64,000 nucleotides of DNA from an uncultured Bacteroidota bacterium (GTDB lineage: Bacteria; Bacteroidota; Ignavibacteria; UBA10030), in assembly GCA_963739335.1 (NCBI GenBank), contig CAVUAC010000063.1, positions 36,672 through 100,671 of the forward strand, given 5' to 3'. The stretch's first letter is position 1, and each line of letters opens with the position of its first letter. This document shows, in pieces, positions 1 to 8,579 of this stretch. A program made the position numbers and the translations under genes. The notes below the pieces were generated by a model that was not told the origin of the DNA, did no database searches, and saw only the letters and a list, made by a program, of their open reading frames with translations.

Positions 1-342
1 GCCTATCAGAATGGCGTCGGCATCGAGCAGGCGGGCAACAACGGTTGCATTGTACAGCGATACGAAATTCTCGAGGATTTTGGAGCCACAGGTGACGCGC
101 TCCCCTTCCACACAAATGACATCCTTGATCGCGACGACCATGCCGGCCAGCGGTCCGGCTGTTCCGTCAGAGAGCTTTCGGTCGACACATCGCGCTTGCT
201 CGAGAGCCTTTTCAGAGAGCACCGAGAGAAATGCATTGAGCCCGCGACGCGCTTCGATTGTACGAAGGTACTCTTGCGTGAGCTGCTCGCAGGTAATGGT
301 TCCCGCGCGTAACTCCTGTTGAATGGTGTCAAAGGTTTTCAT
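1..342 (-). CDS. gatA: Glu/Asp-tRNA amidotransferase subunit A, N-terminal 114 codons (gene runs off the left edge)
   Basis: Absent from the ORF track because no stop lies in the window. Hand translation from ATG 342..340 gives MKTFDTIQQELRAGTITCEQLTQEYL...PLAGMVVAIKDVICVEGERVTCGSKILENFVSLYNATVVARLLDADAILIG, a GatA/amidase-signature N-terminus. Confidence 0.8.
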   Translation of the reverse strand, partial: MKTFDTIQQELRAGTITCEQLTQEYLRTIEARRGLNAFLSVLSEKALEQARCVDRKLSDGTAGPLAGMVVAIKDVICVEGERVTCGSKILENFVSLYNATVVARLLDADAILIG

Positions 343-495
343 CCGGCTGATGCAGTACGGCTGTGGCCGCAATTGAAATGCTGCGGAATGCCGCCGATGG
401 AGTTGACCAGCGCGCTTCTGCAGCAATGAAAAACGTCGCTCCCCTTGTGCATCTTGCCGGGCAGGAGCACGCTGTCTGGTGCAGGAGGTCTGAAA

Positions 496-708
496 CTACT
501 TCTTCGGTTCTTCTTTGGCTTCCTTGTTCTCTTTGGTATCGATCTGCTTGACGTCCTTCTCAATGTCGTCCTGAATCTCACGCGCTGCCTTGCGAAACTC
601 CCGCAAACCGGTTCCCAGTCCCCGTGCCAACTCTGGGATCTTCTTTGCACCAAAGAAAATGAGGATGACGAACAATATCAGTATTATCTCGGGCGCTCCA
701 AGATTCAT
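496..708 (-). CDS. tatA: Twin-arginine translocase subunit TatA/E
   Basis: Track ORF 496..729. The internal ATG at 708 is preceded by [49 protein letters not shown] is a TM helix plus amphipathic helix typical of TatA. Confidence 0.85.
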   Translation of the reverse strand: MNLGAPEIILILFVILIFFGAKKIPELARGLGTGLREFRKAAREIQDDIEKDVKQIDTKENKEAKEEPKK

Positions 709-725
709 ACTCTCACGCTCTCCTT

Positions 726-1439
726 TCAAACAAGTTGTGGATGTAGAACAAAACTCTCGACAATCGAATCAAAAATCTTGCGGCCGTCGGTATGGCGAAG
801 AACCGGATCGGAGGCGCGTTCGGGATGAGGCATCATCCCCATGACATTCCCTCGCTCGCTGATAATCCCGGCAATATCGGAGAGCGATCCGTTGGGATTG
901 GCCTCCTCCGTGATATTTCCGGACGCGTCGCAATACCGGAACACAATTTGACGGTGATCCTCCAAACGCTTCAGTGTGTCGTTGTCTGTGAAGTAGTTGC
1001 CATCGCCATGAGCGATGGGAATCTCGAGTACCTCGCCCTTCCGGCATTGACCGGTGAACCGGGTCTCGGGGTTTTCCACCCGCAGATAGATGTACTTGCA
1101 GACAAATCTGAGTGAGCTGTTTCTCAACAGGACGCCGGGAAGCAGACCCGCTTCAACGAGGATCTGGAATCCGTTGCAGATGCCGAACACCATGCCGCCA
1201 TTGTTCGCGAAGCGGACCACGTCTTTCATGATCGGCGAGAATCGCGCCAGCGCGCCACAGCGAAGGTAGTCCCCATAGGAGAATCCGCCCGGCAGAATGA
1301 CGACATCCACATCCCCAACGGATGATTCCTTGTGCCAGATCAGACAGGCCTCCTGGCCAAGAATCCTCTCTGCCACGTAATGCGCGTCGTGGTCACAATT
1401 GGAGCCGGGAAAGACCACTATGCCGAATTTGAGCTTCAT
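726..1439 (-). CDS. purQ: Phosphoribosylformylglycinamidine synthase I (glutaminase subunit)
   Basis: [18 protein letters not shown]...[13 protein letters not shown]...[10 protein letters not shown]...MMPHPER shows class-I amidotransferase Cys/His motifs. The start is taken at ATG 1439 inside track ORF 726..1460. Confidence 0.9.
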   Translation of the reverse strand: MKLKFGIVVFPGSNCDHDAHYVAERILGQEACLIWHKESSVGDVDVVILPGGFSYGDYLRCGALARFSPIMKDVVRFANNGGMVFGICNGFQILVEAGLLPGVLLRNSSLRFVCKYIYLRVENPETRFTGQCRKGEVLEIPIAHGDGNYFTDNDTLKRLEDHRQIVFRYCDASGNITEEANPNGSLSDIAGIISERGNVMGMMPHPERASDPVLRHTDGRKIFDSIVESFVLHPQLV

Positions 1440-1458
1440 GCTGGTTGGTTCAGTGGCC

Positions 1459-1612
1459 AATTAGTTAACTGGTTAATTAGTTAACTGGTTAATTGGTTAA
1501 CTGGTTAATTGGTTAACTGGTTAATTGGTTAATTAGTTAAGTAGTTAAGTAGAAGATTGGCTGACCTTCACCCACCACTCACCAATTAACTACTCACCAA
1601 TGAACTACTCAC
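1459..1612. repeat. Low-complexity tandem repeat (TTAACYRR units, 8/16-nt period) plus an inverted partial copy, in the purS-purQ spacer
   Basis: The plus strand reads aattagttaactggttaattagttaactggttaattggttaactggttaattggttaactgg...gttaagtagttaagtag. It is followed by caccaattaactactcaccaatgaactactcac in the opposite sense. On the gene (minus) sense it is almost G-free. Confidence 0.8.
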
Positions 1613-1866
1613 TTAGCCTTTGTCTCCTCAATCGTAAAGCTATAATCCTCCATCACGGGATTTGCCAGGAGCTTCTCACTCACTTCTTTTGTAATTCTCT
1701 CCGCCTCTTCACGCTTCTCCGTGTCCACATTCAATTCAACGAACTTTCCGATGCGGACGTTCCGCACTCGATCGTAACCAAGAGAATGAACTCCGTGTTC
1801 AACGGCCTTTCCCTGAGGATCGAGGATTGACTGCCTCAATGTCACCAAGATTTTTGAATGATACAA
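1609..1866 (-). CDS. purS: Phosphoribosylformylglycinamidine synthase subunit PurS
   Basis: KILVTLRQSILDPQGKAVEHGVHSLGYDRVRNVRIGKFVELNVD...EKLLANPVMEDYSF is PurS-like. No ATG is available, so a TTG at 1866 after GGAGAAA is the assumed start. The upstream part of track ORF 1609..1965 overlaps pssA. Confidence 0.75.
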   Translation of the reverse strand: MYHSKILVTLRQSILDPQGKAVEHGVHSLGYDRVRNVRIGKFVELNVDTEKREEAERITKEVSEKLLANPVMEDYSFTIEETKAK

Positions 1867-1885
1867 GTTGTTTCTCCACGCTAGA

Positions 1886-2650
1886 TTAGATGTCGATGCT
1901 TGAAATTTCGCTCTCTTCGTCCGTGTCTTTTTCGACGCGTGTTGCGACTGAGCGAACCCACTCATAGAGAGATCTGAGAACGCCGAAACCGATGAACGCG
2001 GCCATCACATAGAAGAGATACGCTCCCATCGATGCGACCACAACGACTGCAGCCGCGGAAATGGAAGTTGCCCGCCACGGATGCGCGCGCAGGCCCCGCT
2101 TCGTGAACTTGGGCAGTGTATCGTAGCGCACCTTGCTGACCATCAATAATGAAAGTATCACGACCAGGACCGCCAATCCGTCACGGGTCCAGCCGTTAAG
2201 ACCATAGCGCTCCGTGTTGTACTGAAGGAGAAACGCACAGACGGTGATGGCCTGCACCGGTATGGGCAGACCCTTGAAGTAGTCCTTTTCAAACCCCACG
2301 AGCTGAACGTTGAAGCGTGCAAGGCGAATGGCGCCGAACACGAGCGGAAGCGAACTGATGATGACGCCGAGGCTCTCAAGGGAGCTGAGGTGGGCCTGGT
2401 ACACCAGGAACGATGGCGCCGCTCCAAAGGAAACGACATCAGACAGCGAATCAAGCTCAACGCCGAACTGACTGGACGATCGGGTGATCCTCGCCATGAG
2501 TCCGTCAAGCATGTCGAAGACCCCGGCGAGGATGATGAACCATGCAGCCATCTCAATCCTGCCCTGGCTTGCATTGAGGATCGAAAGGAAGCCACAAAAC
2601 GCATTCAGAACCGTGAAGAGACTTGGGACAATAGCTCTCGTAATTTTCAT
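1886..2650 (-). CDS. pssA: CDP-diacylglycerol--serine O-phosphatidyltransferase
   Basis: It has the CDP-alcohol phosphatidyltransferase motif DMLDGLMARITRSSSQFGVELDSLSD and multiple TM helices. The start is taken at MKITRAIVPSLFT (ATG 2650). Confidence 0.85.
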   Translation of the reverse strand: MKITRAIVPSLFTVLNAFCGFLSILNASQGRIEMAAWFIILAGVFDMLDGLMARITRSSSQFGVELDSLSDVVSFGAAPSFLVYQAHLSSLESLGVIISSLPLVFGAIRLARFNVQLVGFEKDYFKGLPIPVQAITVCAFLLQYNTERYGLNGWTRDGLAVLVVILSLLMVSKVRYDTLPKFTKRGLRAHPWRATSISAAAVVVVASMGAYLFYVMAAFIGFGVLRSLYEWVRSVATRVEKDTDEESEISSIDI

Positions 2651-2776
2651 ACCCTGATGTCTCCGCAGAAGCTGAAGCCACTTCCAACAACGGGCCCAGC
2701 ATTCAATAAGGCGAAGTGCTCGTTTCCACTTTGCAACCGACTTTCGAATATCCAAAATGTGGTTGTGGAAACGGCA

Positions 2777-3427
2777 CTAGTGAAGTTCCGCAAGGACTGT
2801 TTCTCCGGCTACGGTCTGATCACCGACCTTCGCGTGGACAATCGTCTGCGCCGGCACGAACACGTCCACCCGAGATCCGAACTTGATCATCCCAAACCGC
2901 TCACCCGCTTTCACCTGGTCCCCTATCTTCAAGGTGCAGACAATGCGCCGCGCCACAAAACCGGCTATCTGTTTGAAAAGCACGCGCCCGCGTGGATGCT
3001 CGATCCCGATCACCATTTGCTCGTTCTTCTCTGACGCTTTATCTTCAAAGGCTGCGAAGTACTCACCCTTGACGTATCGCAGATGCTTCACGGTCCCACT
3101 GATGGGATTGCGGTTGACGTGGACATTCAAGGGGGACATGAAGATGCTGATCATCGTTGCGCTCGATCCCAGGAATTCCTTTTCGTCGACCTGGCGTACG
3201 GCAATGACCTTTCCGTCGGCGGGAGCAAGGACAAGCCCGTCCCCGTTAGGAGACGATCGCTCGGGATCACGGAAGAAATTGGCCGTCAGCACGAAGAGAA
3301 CAACGGCAAGCAGCACGATCCCATATTTCAGAATCTTTGGTTCGGCAAATACAAGAGCCAGGACGACCGCTGCCAGGCATATGATCGCGACCACAAGGAA
3401 TACATCATAGCCATACTTCGTAATCAT
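2777..3427 (-). CDS. psd: Phosphatidylserine decarboxylase-related proenzyme
   Basis: It has an N-terminal TM, LNVHVNRNPISGTV, and the C-terminal FGSRVD (GS self-cleavage motif). It sits adjacent to pssA. The first ATG is at 3427. Confidence 0.8.
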   Translation of the reverse strand: MITKYGYDVFLVVAIICLAAVVLALVFAEPKILKYGIVLLAVVLFVLTANFFRDPERSSPNGDGLVLAPADGKVIAVRQVDEKEFLGSSATMISIFMSPLNVHVNRNPISGTVKHLRYVKGEYFAAFEDKASEKNEQMVIGIEHPRGRVLFKQIAGFVARRIVCTLKIGDQVKAGERFGMIKFGSRVDVFVPAQTIVHAKVGDQTVAGETVLAELH

Positions 3428-4092
3428 AATCTGCAATCTAATCCTGGAAGCATTTACTCTTACCGTAGTTACCGCTCCTGCCTCGGTCCATGGACACCGA
3501 CAAATCTACAGACACCCGCCCTACAGGTGAACTGCAAAGTAGTGGATTTTTCTCCAAAAAGTCCGCTTTCCGGAAAGAGGTTAGGTCTTGGACAGCGTCG
3601 AATGGGAGATATCTCGAGGTGGTGGTAGGAGCAACAAAGAGTATCACTGTCGGGGGAATCAAGGCTTGGAGTCAGCTCGTTGTGACCGTTCTTCCCTTTT
3701 GATAGTTTAGCCTTGGGTTTTTGAAGTCGAAACAAGATTGATGAGTTTCGACAAGCTTCTTAAATATTTCTTTAGATGAAACTCAATTGAATCTGTAACA
3801 AGTATACCGAAAAAAGGCCCGAAAGTCAAGGTAAGCGGTATGTAGTGAGGGGGGAGATGGATGGTTGATGGATGTTGGTAGATGGAAGAGGTGAGAGGTG
3901 AGACGTGGGACGGAATACATTGGAAAAGAAATCTTTTTTCTATAAATTGTTTTTCACAGTGCATTGCCCTGTGGTGTAATCCCGCCACAAACCGGCGGGA
4001 TGCTCAATCCGACGAACAAGTTACTTCGCTTCGCTCGCTAACTTGTGTCGGATTGGCATTGGCAGCACGTGTGTTTTGACTTTTTGAAAACT

Positions 4093-4165
4093 TGCCCCGT
4101 GGTGTAATTGGCAACACGTCTGACTCTGGATCAGAAAAGTCTAGGTTCGAGCCCTAGCGGGGCAG
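4093..4165 (+). tRNA. tRNA-Gln (anticodon CTG)
   Basis: Hand-folded cloverleaf: acceptor TGCCCCG/CGGGGCA, D stem GTGT/ACAC, anticodon stem TCTGA/TCAGA with loop CTCTGGA, and T arm CTAGG-TTCGAGC-CCTAG. Confidence 0.85.
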
Positions 4166-6109
4166 CGAGTTAATGCAAAAATCAAAGTGTGAATTGAAAA
4201 ATGAAAGCGGCTCGTTCATTTTTCCAATTTGATTTTTGCATTTTGCATCGATTATGGCCCTATCGTCTAATGGTTTAGGACGCGGCCCTCTCAAGGCCGA
4301 AATACGGGTTCGAGCCCCGTTAGGGCTACAAGCTGCACCATGTAACTCAGTTGCGTTTTTGGCGTGAAAACGCAGTTGGTCGTTGACAGGGATACTTGGC
4401 TCACCCTGAAAGATCGAAGGCTCCTGCAATCGGTCTGCGATGTTGGGGATCGAAGGCAAGCGCTTGAGGTAGCATCGAACTTTCCGCTCTTCTTTATCGA
4501 CCAGAATCGTCTCGACGATTCTCCTGAGGAGCTCTTTCCTTTCCGCAACCGAGAGTTCATCGAAGGTTCTTTCAAAGTTGTCCAGGAAGCGTTTTACAGC
4601 TCCAGCAGTGAGCTTGGGATCCAGTTTCGGAGGCTTGTACTTTTCCAGTCGCCTCCTCTCCTGTTCAAGCTTTTCCTGAATCTCTTCGAGCTCTCTTAGG
4701 CGAACAGCAACACTTTTCAGGTTGGTTCCTTCCTCTGCGATTGAGAGTAGGTTTGTGGTTTTGCCAGCGTTCTCCTTCAGTATTTCATCGATACTGTCAA
4801 TCCTCTTCTCGACGGCTGAAGGCTGTCGTCTGTTGAACTCCTCGACATATACCTGTGTGCGCGTCATGAAGTCAGAATCATAGAACGTTTGTTTTATGCT
4901 GGAAAGGATGAAGTCTTCCAGTTTGTCTTGTCTGATTGAAAACCAGTGACAAACATTGTTGCCCTTGTTGACATAGCCACCATCGATGTAATACTTGTTT
5001 CCGGTGGGCTTGTGACGATAACCTTGATAGTTGTGTCCACATTGGACGCACTTGACAAGCCCTGTGAGCAAGTACGTGCCTCTGTAGAAATGCTGATTGG
5101 GCCTGGTTGGACGCGGTTCTGATTGCGCGTTTGCTTCCTGGAAGAGCTCGTTAGAGACGATAGCCGGATGTGCGTTCGGGACGACAATCCATTGAGCCTC
5201 GTCATTGTACCATTTGCCGCACAGATCGATGCCCTTCTCCTTCGCTAAGATTTTGCTGAAGGATAATCGATTATAAACCCTGTCGCCGACGTAGGCAGGA
5301 TTCCGGACGATGCCGTAAATAGAGACTCCCGCCCACTTCTGATCTTTGTTCCTCCACCGGCCATGTTTCGGGCACGTGATTCCCTCCGCGTTCAAGATGT
5401 CTGCTATCCCTACATATCCAAGACCGTTAGCTCTCATTTCAAAGATTCTTCTGACGGTGCTAATCTCTGCTTCGTCGGCGAGCTCCCATACCACTTTTTC
5501 TTGCTTTGGAACCGAACGCATGCCATCCCTCATCGTCCTTCTCTCACCAGTCTTCAAATCGATAGCTATCCTCTTGTAACCATAAGGAGCGAGACCGCCT
5601 CTCGAGTAAATACCCTGCTGGGAAGACAACATTCCCCTTCTGATAGATCTGGAGAGTTTTTTGGAATACTCAGAGGCTTCGGCGGATTCCACAACCTCCA
5701 CAACGTAACTGCCAATGTCGTCTCCGTTCTTGGAGTTGGAGTGGATGATTCGGACCTTGACATCAAACCTCCCGAAATGCACTTTCCAGTAGGCGTTCTC
5801 TCTTGGGTTCAAGGCCCTCCCCCACCTGCTCTCATCATAAACCAGCACATACTCAAAATCGGGATCGTCTTCCACCCTTCTTACGAGCTCTGCAAAACTG
5901 GGACGTCCAAGAAAGTTCGTTCCGCTCCTTCCTTGGTCCGAGAACCATTCAACAATCTTGAAATCGTTCGCGGCGGCCCAGCGTTCAATCTCTTCCTTCT
6001 GCTGAGGAATCGATGTTGCACCTTGCTCGTCGGTGGAGCATCTGCAGTATCCGACAGCAGTTTTAGGACCGATCGGGTTCTGTTTCGATGTCACAGCGTT
6101 GACCTCCAT
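4154..6109 (-). CDS. Large serine recombinase (resolvase domain, recombinase domain, zinc ribbon, coiled coil)
   Basis: AVGYCRCSTDEQ holds the catalytic Ser. It also has YVLVYDESRWGR, the ribbon CVQCGHNYQGY...NVCH, and a C-terminal coiled coil. The last ~95 codons read antisense through tRNA-Glu and into tRNA-Gln, so the true C-terminus is uncertain. Confidence 0.85.
   Translation of the reverse strand: MEVNAVTSKQNPIGPKTAVGYCRCSTDEQGATSIPQQKEEIERWAAANDFKIVEWFSDQGRSGTNFLGRPSFAELVRRVEDDPDFEYVLVYDESRWGRALNPRENAYWKVHFGRFDVKVRIIHSNSKNGDDIGSYVVEVVESAEASEYSKKLSRSIRRGMLSSQQGIYSRGGLAPYGYKRIAIDLKTGERRTMRDGMRSVPKQEKVVWELADEAEISTVRRIFEMRANGLGYVGIADILNAEGITCPKHGRWRNKDQKWAGVSIYGIVRNPAYVGDRVYNRLSFSKILAKEKGIDLCGKWYNDEAQWIVVPNAHPAIVSNELFQEANAQSEPRPTRPNQHFYRGTYLLTGLVKCVQCGHNYQGYRHKPTGNKYYIDGGYVNKGNNVCHWFSIRQDKLEDFILSSIKQTFYDSDFMTRTQVYVEEFNRRQPSAVEKRIDSIDEILKENAGKTTNLLSIAEEGTNLKSVAVRLRELEEIQEKLEQERRRLEKYKPPKLDPKLTAGAVKRFLDNFERTFDELSVAERKELLRRIVETILVDKEERKVRCYLKRLPSIPNIADRLQEPSIFQGEPSIPVNDQLRFHAKNATELHGAACSPNGARTRISALRGPRPKPLDDRAIIDAKCKNQIGKMNEPLSFFNSHFDFCINSLPR
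4171..4242. other. Long AT-rich hairpin between the two tRNA genes
   Basis: AATGCAAAAATCAAA (4172-4186) pairs perfectly with TTTGATTTTTGCATT (4228-4242). An inner arm GAATTGAAAAATGAA pairs with TTCATTTTTCCAATT. Confidence 0.6.
4256..4328 (+). tRNA. tRNA-Glu (anticodon CTC)
   Basis: Acceptor GGCCCTA/TAGGGCT (G1-U72 wobble), anticodon stem CGGCC/GGCCG with loop CTCTCAA, and T arm ACGGG-TTCGAGC-CCCGT. Confidence 0.85.
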
Positions 6110-6257
6110 GAGGAGTGAGAGACTTTTCGCTCTCGAGTTGCCGGTTGATCGCCTTTGCGACTAATTTTGCCATGAAATCGAGATCGGCATCAGATAGCTG
6201 GGAGCCCTGCACGATCTCGAGAGTGATTCGTTTCTTGGGAATGTCAGACCGGGTCAC
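6063..6257 (-). CDS. Hypothetical small protein (64 aa)
   Basis: The ORF shares an ATGA overlap with the upstream small ORF and overlaps the recombinase start by 47 nt. No recognisable domain. Confidence 0.3.
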   Translation of the reverse strand: MTRSDIPKKRITLEIVQGSQLSDADLDFMAKLVAKAINRQLESEKSLTPHGGQRCDIETEPDRS

Positions 6258-6466
6258 CTCATAGTCACCGCCCCCTTGCCATCTTCTTGTCCTCCCTGTC
6301 GAAGGACACCGGCCCGGTCCGATCTATTTCCTAGAGTCTTCGATACAAGTTCCCTCACCTTTCCTTGAAGCCCATTGCCACCGTACAAATCGAAAACAAC
6401 TTTTCGAAACGCTCGAAACTGGCTTTGCGACATGCTCATTTCCCCGAAGGTCAGGACTGATTTCAT
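6254..6466 (-). CDS. Hypothetical small protein (70 aa)
   Basis: The ORF lies in the same operon orientation. No recognisable domain. Confidence 0.35.
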   Translation of the reverse strand: MKSVLTFGEMSMSQSQFRAFRKVVFDLYGGNGLQGKVRELVSKTLGNRSDRAGVLRQGGQEDGKGAVTMR

Positions 6467-6613
6467 AACCTCTCGATTCAGGTACTTCGAGCTCGGTTAT
6501 CAGTCTTTCTGAGATGTCAGATTGCCATTTGTTCACAAATGCTCCGGACTGTAAAGAATTTGCCAATCAAGTTCAAGATTAATCGCTTTGCATTTTGTGC
6601 TTCTATCCATACC

Positions 6614-7687
6614 TCATCTGTATTTTTGAGGCCTGAAGAGGAAGAACGCTCTGAAGACACGAAAGATCATGTACGCAAAGAAACCGAGTGTCGAGAAGTA
6701 GATATAGAATTCTCTGTTTTCCATGCCGATGGAGAAAATCTTGAAGATCGTGAATATGCTCACACCAAAGATGTAGATCGGCCCCATGTTGAAGTAATGA
6801 CCTTCGTCGACCTGGCGGAGTTTGCGAATCTCGTCGGTGTCGAGATATTTCTCACGGGAGCCGTGCCAGAGCATGTTCTTGATATGAAATGGATTGCCGT
6901 TGGATGCTTTGAGGATCTCCCTTCGATATAGTTCTGGGTCAATGATGTGCAGAGGGTAGTTCTCGAAAAAGTAGTTGATGAGCTGGATGGAAACGCTTTC
7001 CGGCAAAGGCTCCAATTCGATCTTGGTGAAGGAAGCCCAGATGCGCTTGAAGAAGAAGTTCTCCTTCATTTGAACAACCGCCGCACAGATGAGAGCAATG
7101 TTCAAAAGGGTCTCCAAGAATTTCTGTTGAGTGGGCGAGATTCTGTCCAGGTTGTCAAAGAAGATGAGATAAGGTTTTTGCGATTGGGAGATCCCTTCGA
7201 AAATCAACGCTTGCAGTTTGTTGGCCCCGAGGCCTGACAGCTGCTTTTTTGCCGAGGTCCAGTCTGAGCGCTCCTCGTCGAGCTCTACGTGAAGATCCCC
7301 CAGATAGAAGAGGTCCTCGGCAATTTCCTTGAGGCAATCACCTAACGGGCTGGAGTGTTCGATGAAGAGCATCTTGTATTGGTCTGGTTTGATTCGAACA
7401 CCCAGGTTGCCGCGTAGCTGGGCGATGATGTTCGCTGAGAAATCGATACGCCTGGTTCGCCCCGAGAGGATCCACTTTGCTTCGAGCATTAGCCGACTCT
7501 TGCCAATGCCCTTGTCTCCTGCGATCAGTGTGTGACGGCCTTTGGAAAGATTCTTGACGAGTTGATACAATTCTTCGGTCCTGCCAAAAAAGGTTGTGTC
7601 CTGCCGTAGGTCTGATGAGGGCCCGGATTTGTTCACGGTTTCATCCGGAGGAATACTACTCCTGTGTTTCGCATATATAGCATGCAT
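6614..7687 (-). CDS. AAA+/ORC-Cdc6-like P-loop ATPase with C-terminal transmembrane segment(s)
   Basis: FFGRTEELYQLVKNLSKGRHTLIAGDKGIGKSRL is the Walker A region and LIFFDNLD is Walker B. The C-terminal GPIYIFGVSIFTIFKIF...YIYFSTLGFFAYMIFRVF is hydrophobic. Confidence 0.7.
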   Translation of the reverse strand: MHAIYAKHRSSIPPDETVNKSGPSSDLRQDTTFFGRTEELYQLVKNLSKGRHTLIAGDKGIGKSRLMLEAKWILSGRTRRIDFSANIIAQLRGNLGVRIKPDQYKMLFIEHSSPLGDCLKEIAEDLFYLGDLHVELDEERSDWTSAKKQLSGLGANKLQALIFEGISQSQKPYLIFFDNLDRISPTQQKFLETLLNIALICAAVVQMKENFFFKRIWASFTKIELEPLPESVSIQLINYFFENYPLHIIDPELYRREILKASNGNPFHIKNMLWHGSREKYLDTDEIRKLRQVDEGHYFNMGPIYIFGVSIFTIFKIFSIGMENREFYIYFSTLGFFAYMIFRVFRAFFLFRPQKYR

Positions 7688-8421
7688 CGGGGCGCAGTTG
7701 ACCCAAAGCGATTCTTGGAAGCAAATAGAATACGGTGATGACTCTGGCCTTCTTGAATGTCGAGATGCAAAACTACGTCGACAGCGTGCTCGAGAAGTTT
7801 CGGCCCAGCCGCTGTTTTGTTTTTTGTAACCTGTCCGACAATGATGAGCACAAGGTTCTTCTGCTGGGCCAGTCGGCGCAGGATATAACTACATTTTCGT
7901 ATTTGCGTAGCACTTCCCGGCAAGGAGGTCGTCGCGTCGGAATATATGGTTTGAATTGAATCTACAATGAGCATCCGTATCTTTGTCTGGTCGACGTGTG
8001 AAAGGACTGCGCTCACGCTCGTTTCGAAGAGGACGAGTATGTTCTGCGACGATATCCTCAGGCGATCGGCTCGAAGCTTTAGCTGCTGAACAGACTCTTC
8101 CCCCGTGACGTATAGTGACGGGATGTTCATCTTCTTGAGCAGCTGCATGAGTAAGGTTGACTTGCCTGCGCCTGGAGGTCCGGTGATGAGAACCGAGCTT
8201 CCGGGAACAAAGCCATCGCCCAGCAATATGTCGAGTTGTTCGATCCTGGTCTTGATTCTTGGTACGACGAACGATTCAATTTTGGCAAGTGCAACAGGTT
8301 GTGCGCTCGGGTTAGAAATGACATTCGTTTGCTTTCTGAGAGAATTCCATCGGCCGCAATCGGGACACGCAAGTTGGAAATTCTGGAAGATGGAATTGCA
8401 TTTTGCACAGACATAGGGCAT
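7633..8421 (-). CDS. RadA/Sms-like protein: N-terminal zinc ribbon plus RecA-fold ATPase, no Lon-like domain
   Basis: MPYVCAKCNSIFQNFQLACPDCGRW is the ribbon. VLITGPPGAGKSTLLMQ is Walker A. LIVDSIQ...KNLVLIIVGQVTK...HRILFASKNRFG follows. ATG 8421 was verified by hand, and the upstream part of track ORF 7633..8820 is low complexity. Confidence 0.75.
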   Translation of the reverse strand: MPYVCAKCNSIFQNFQLACPDCGRWNSLRKQTNVISNPSAQPVALAKIESFVVPRIKTRIEQLDILLGDGFVPGSSVLITGPPGAGKSTLLMQLLKKMNIPSLYVTGEESVQQLKLRADRLRISSQNILVLFETSVSAVLSHVDQTKIRMLIVDSIQTIYSDATTSLPGSATQIRKCSYILRRLAQQKNLVLIIVGQVTKNKTAAGPKLLEHAVDVVLHLDIQEGQSHHRILFASKNRFGSTAPRCMLYMRNTGVVFLRMKP

Positions 8422-8579
8422 GAGAGATCCATGTGTTTCGGAATAATGGAATGGTGTAGTGGAGTATGAATCTGTTCGACCTCTCCTTTGTCCCCTCCTT
8501 AGGAGGAGGGGAAGGCTTGGGAGGCAATGGAAGTGCGACCTCCCCTTCGTTACCTTCTCGGAGAGGAAGGGATGAATTG

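Noticed and set aside
6-332. Track ORFs 6..332(-) and 11..322(+) at the left edge
   Set aside because: Both have Ser/Arg/Pro-rich, non-protein-like composition. A third frame on the minus strand gives a clean GatA N-terminus, so these are shadow ORFs.
1459-1556. Possible CRISPR array, because tandem repeats are present
   Set aside because: The period is only 8/16 nt with no unique spacers, and no cas genes are in the window. It is a simple low-complexity tandem repeat.
3438-4090. Possible RNase P RNA, tmRNA, SRP or 6S RNA in the 650-bp gap between psd and the tRNAs
   Set aside because: I looked on both strands for GAGGAAAGUCCGG-type RNase P boxes, a tRNA-like 3' end with a tag ORF, and an SRP GGAA/AGCA domain. 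None were found. Only hairpins and a G-rich (minus-sense C/A/T) tract were seen. This cannot be settled without covariance models.
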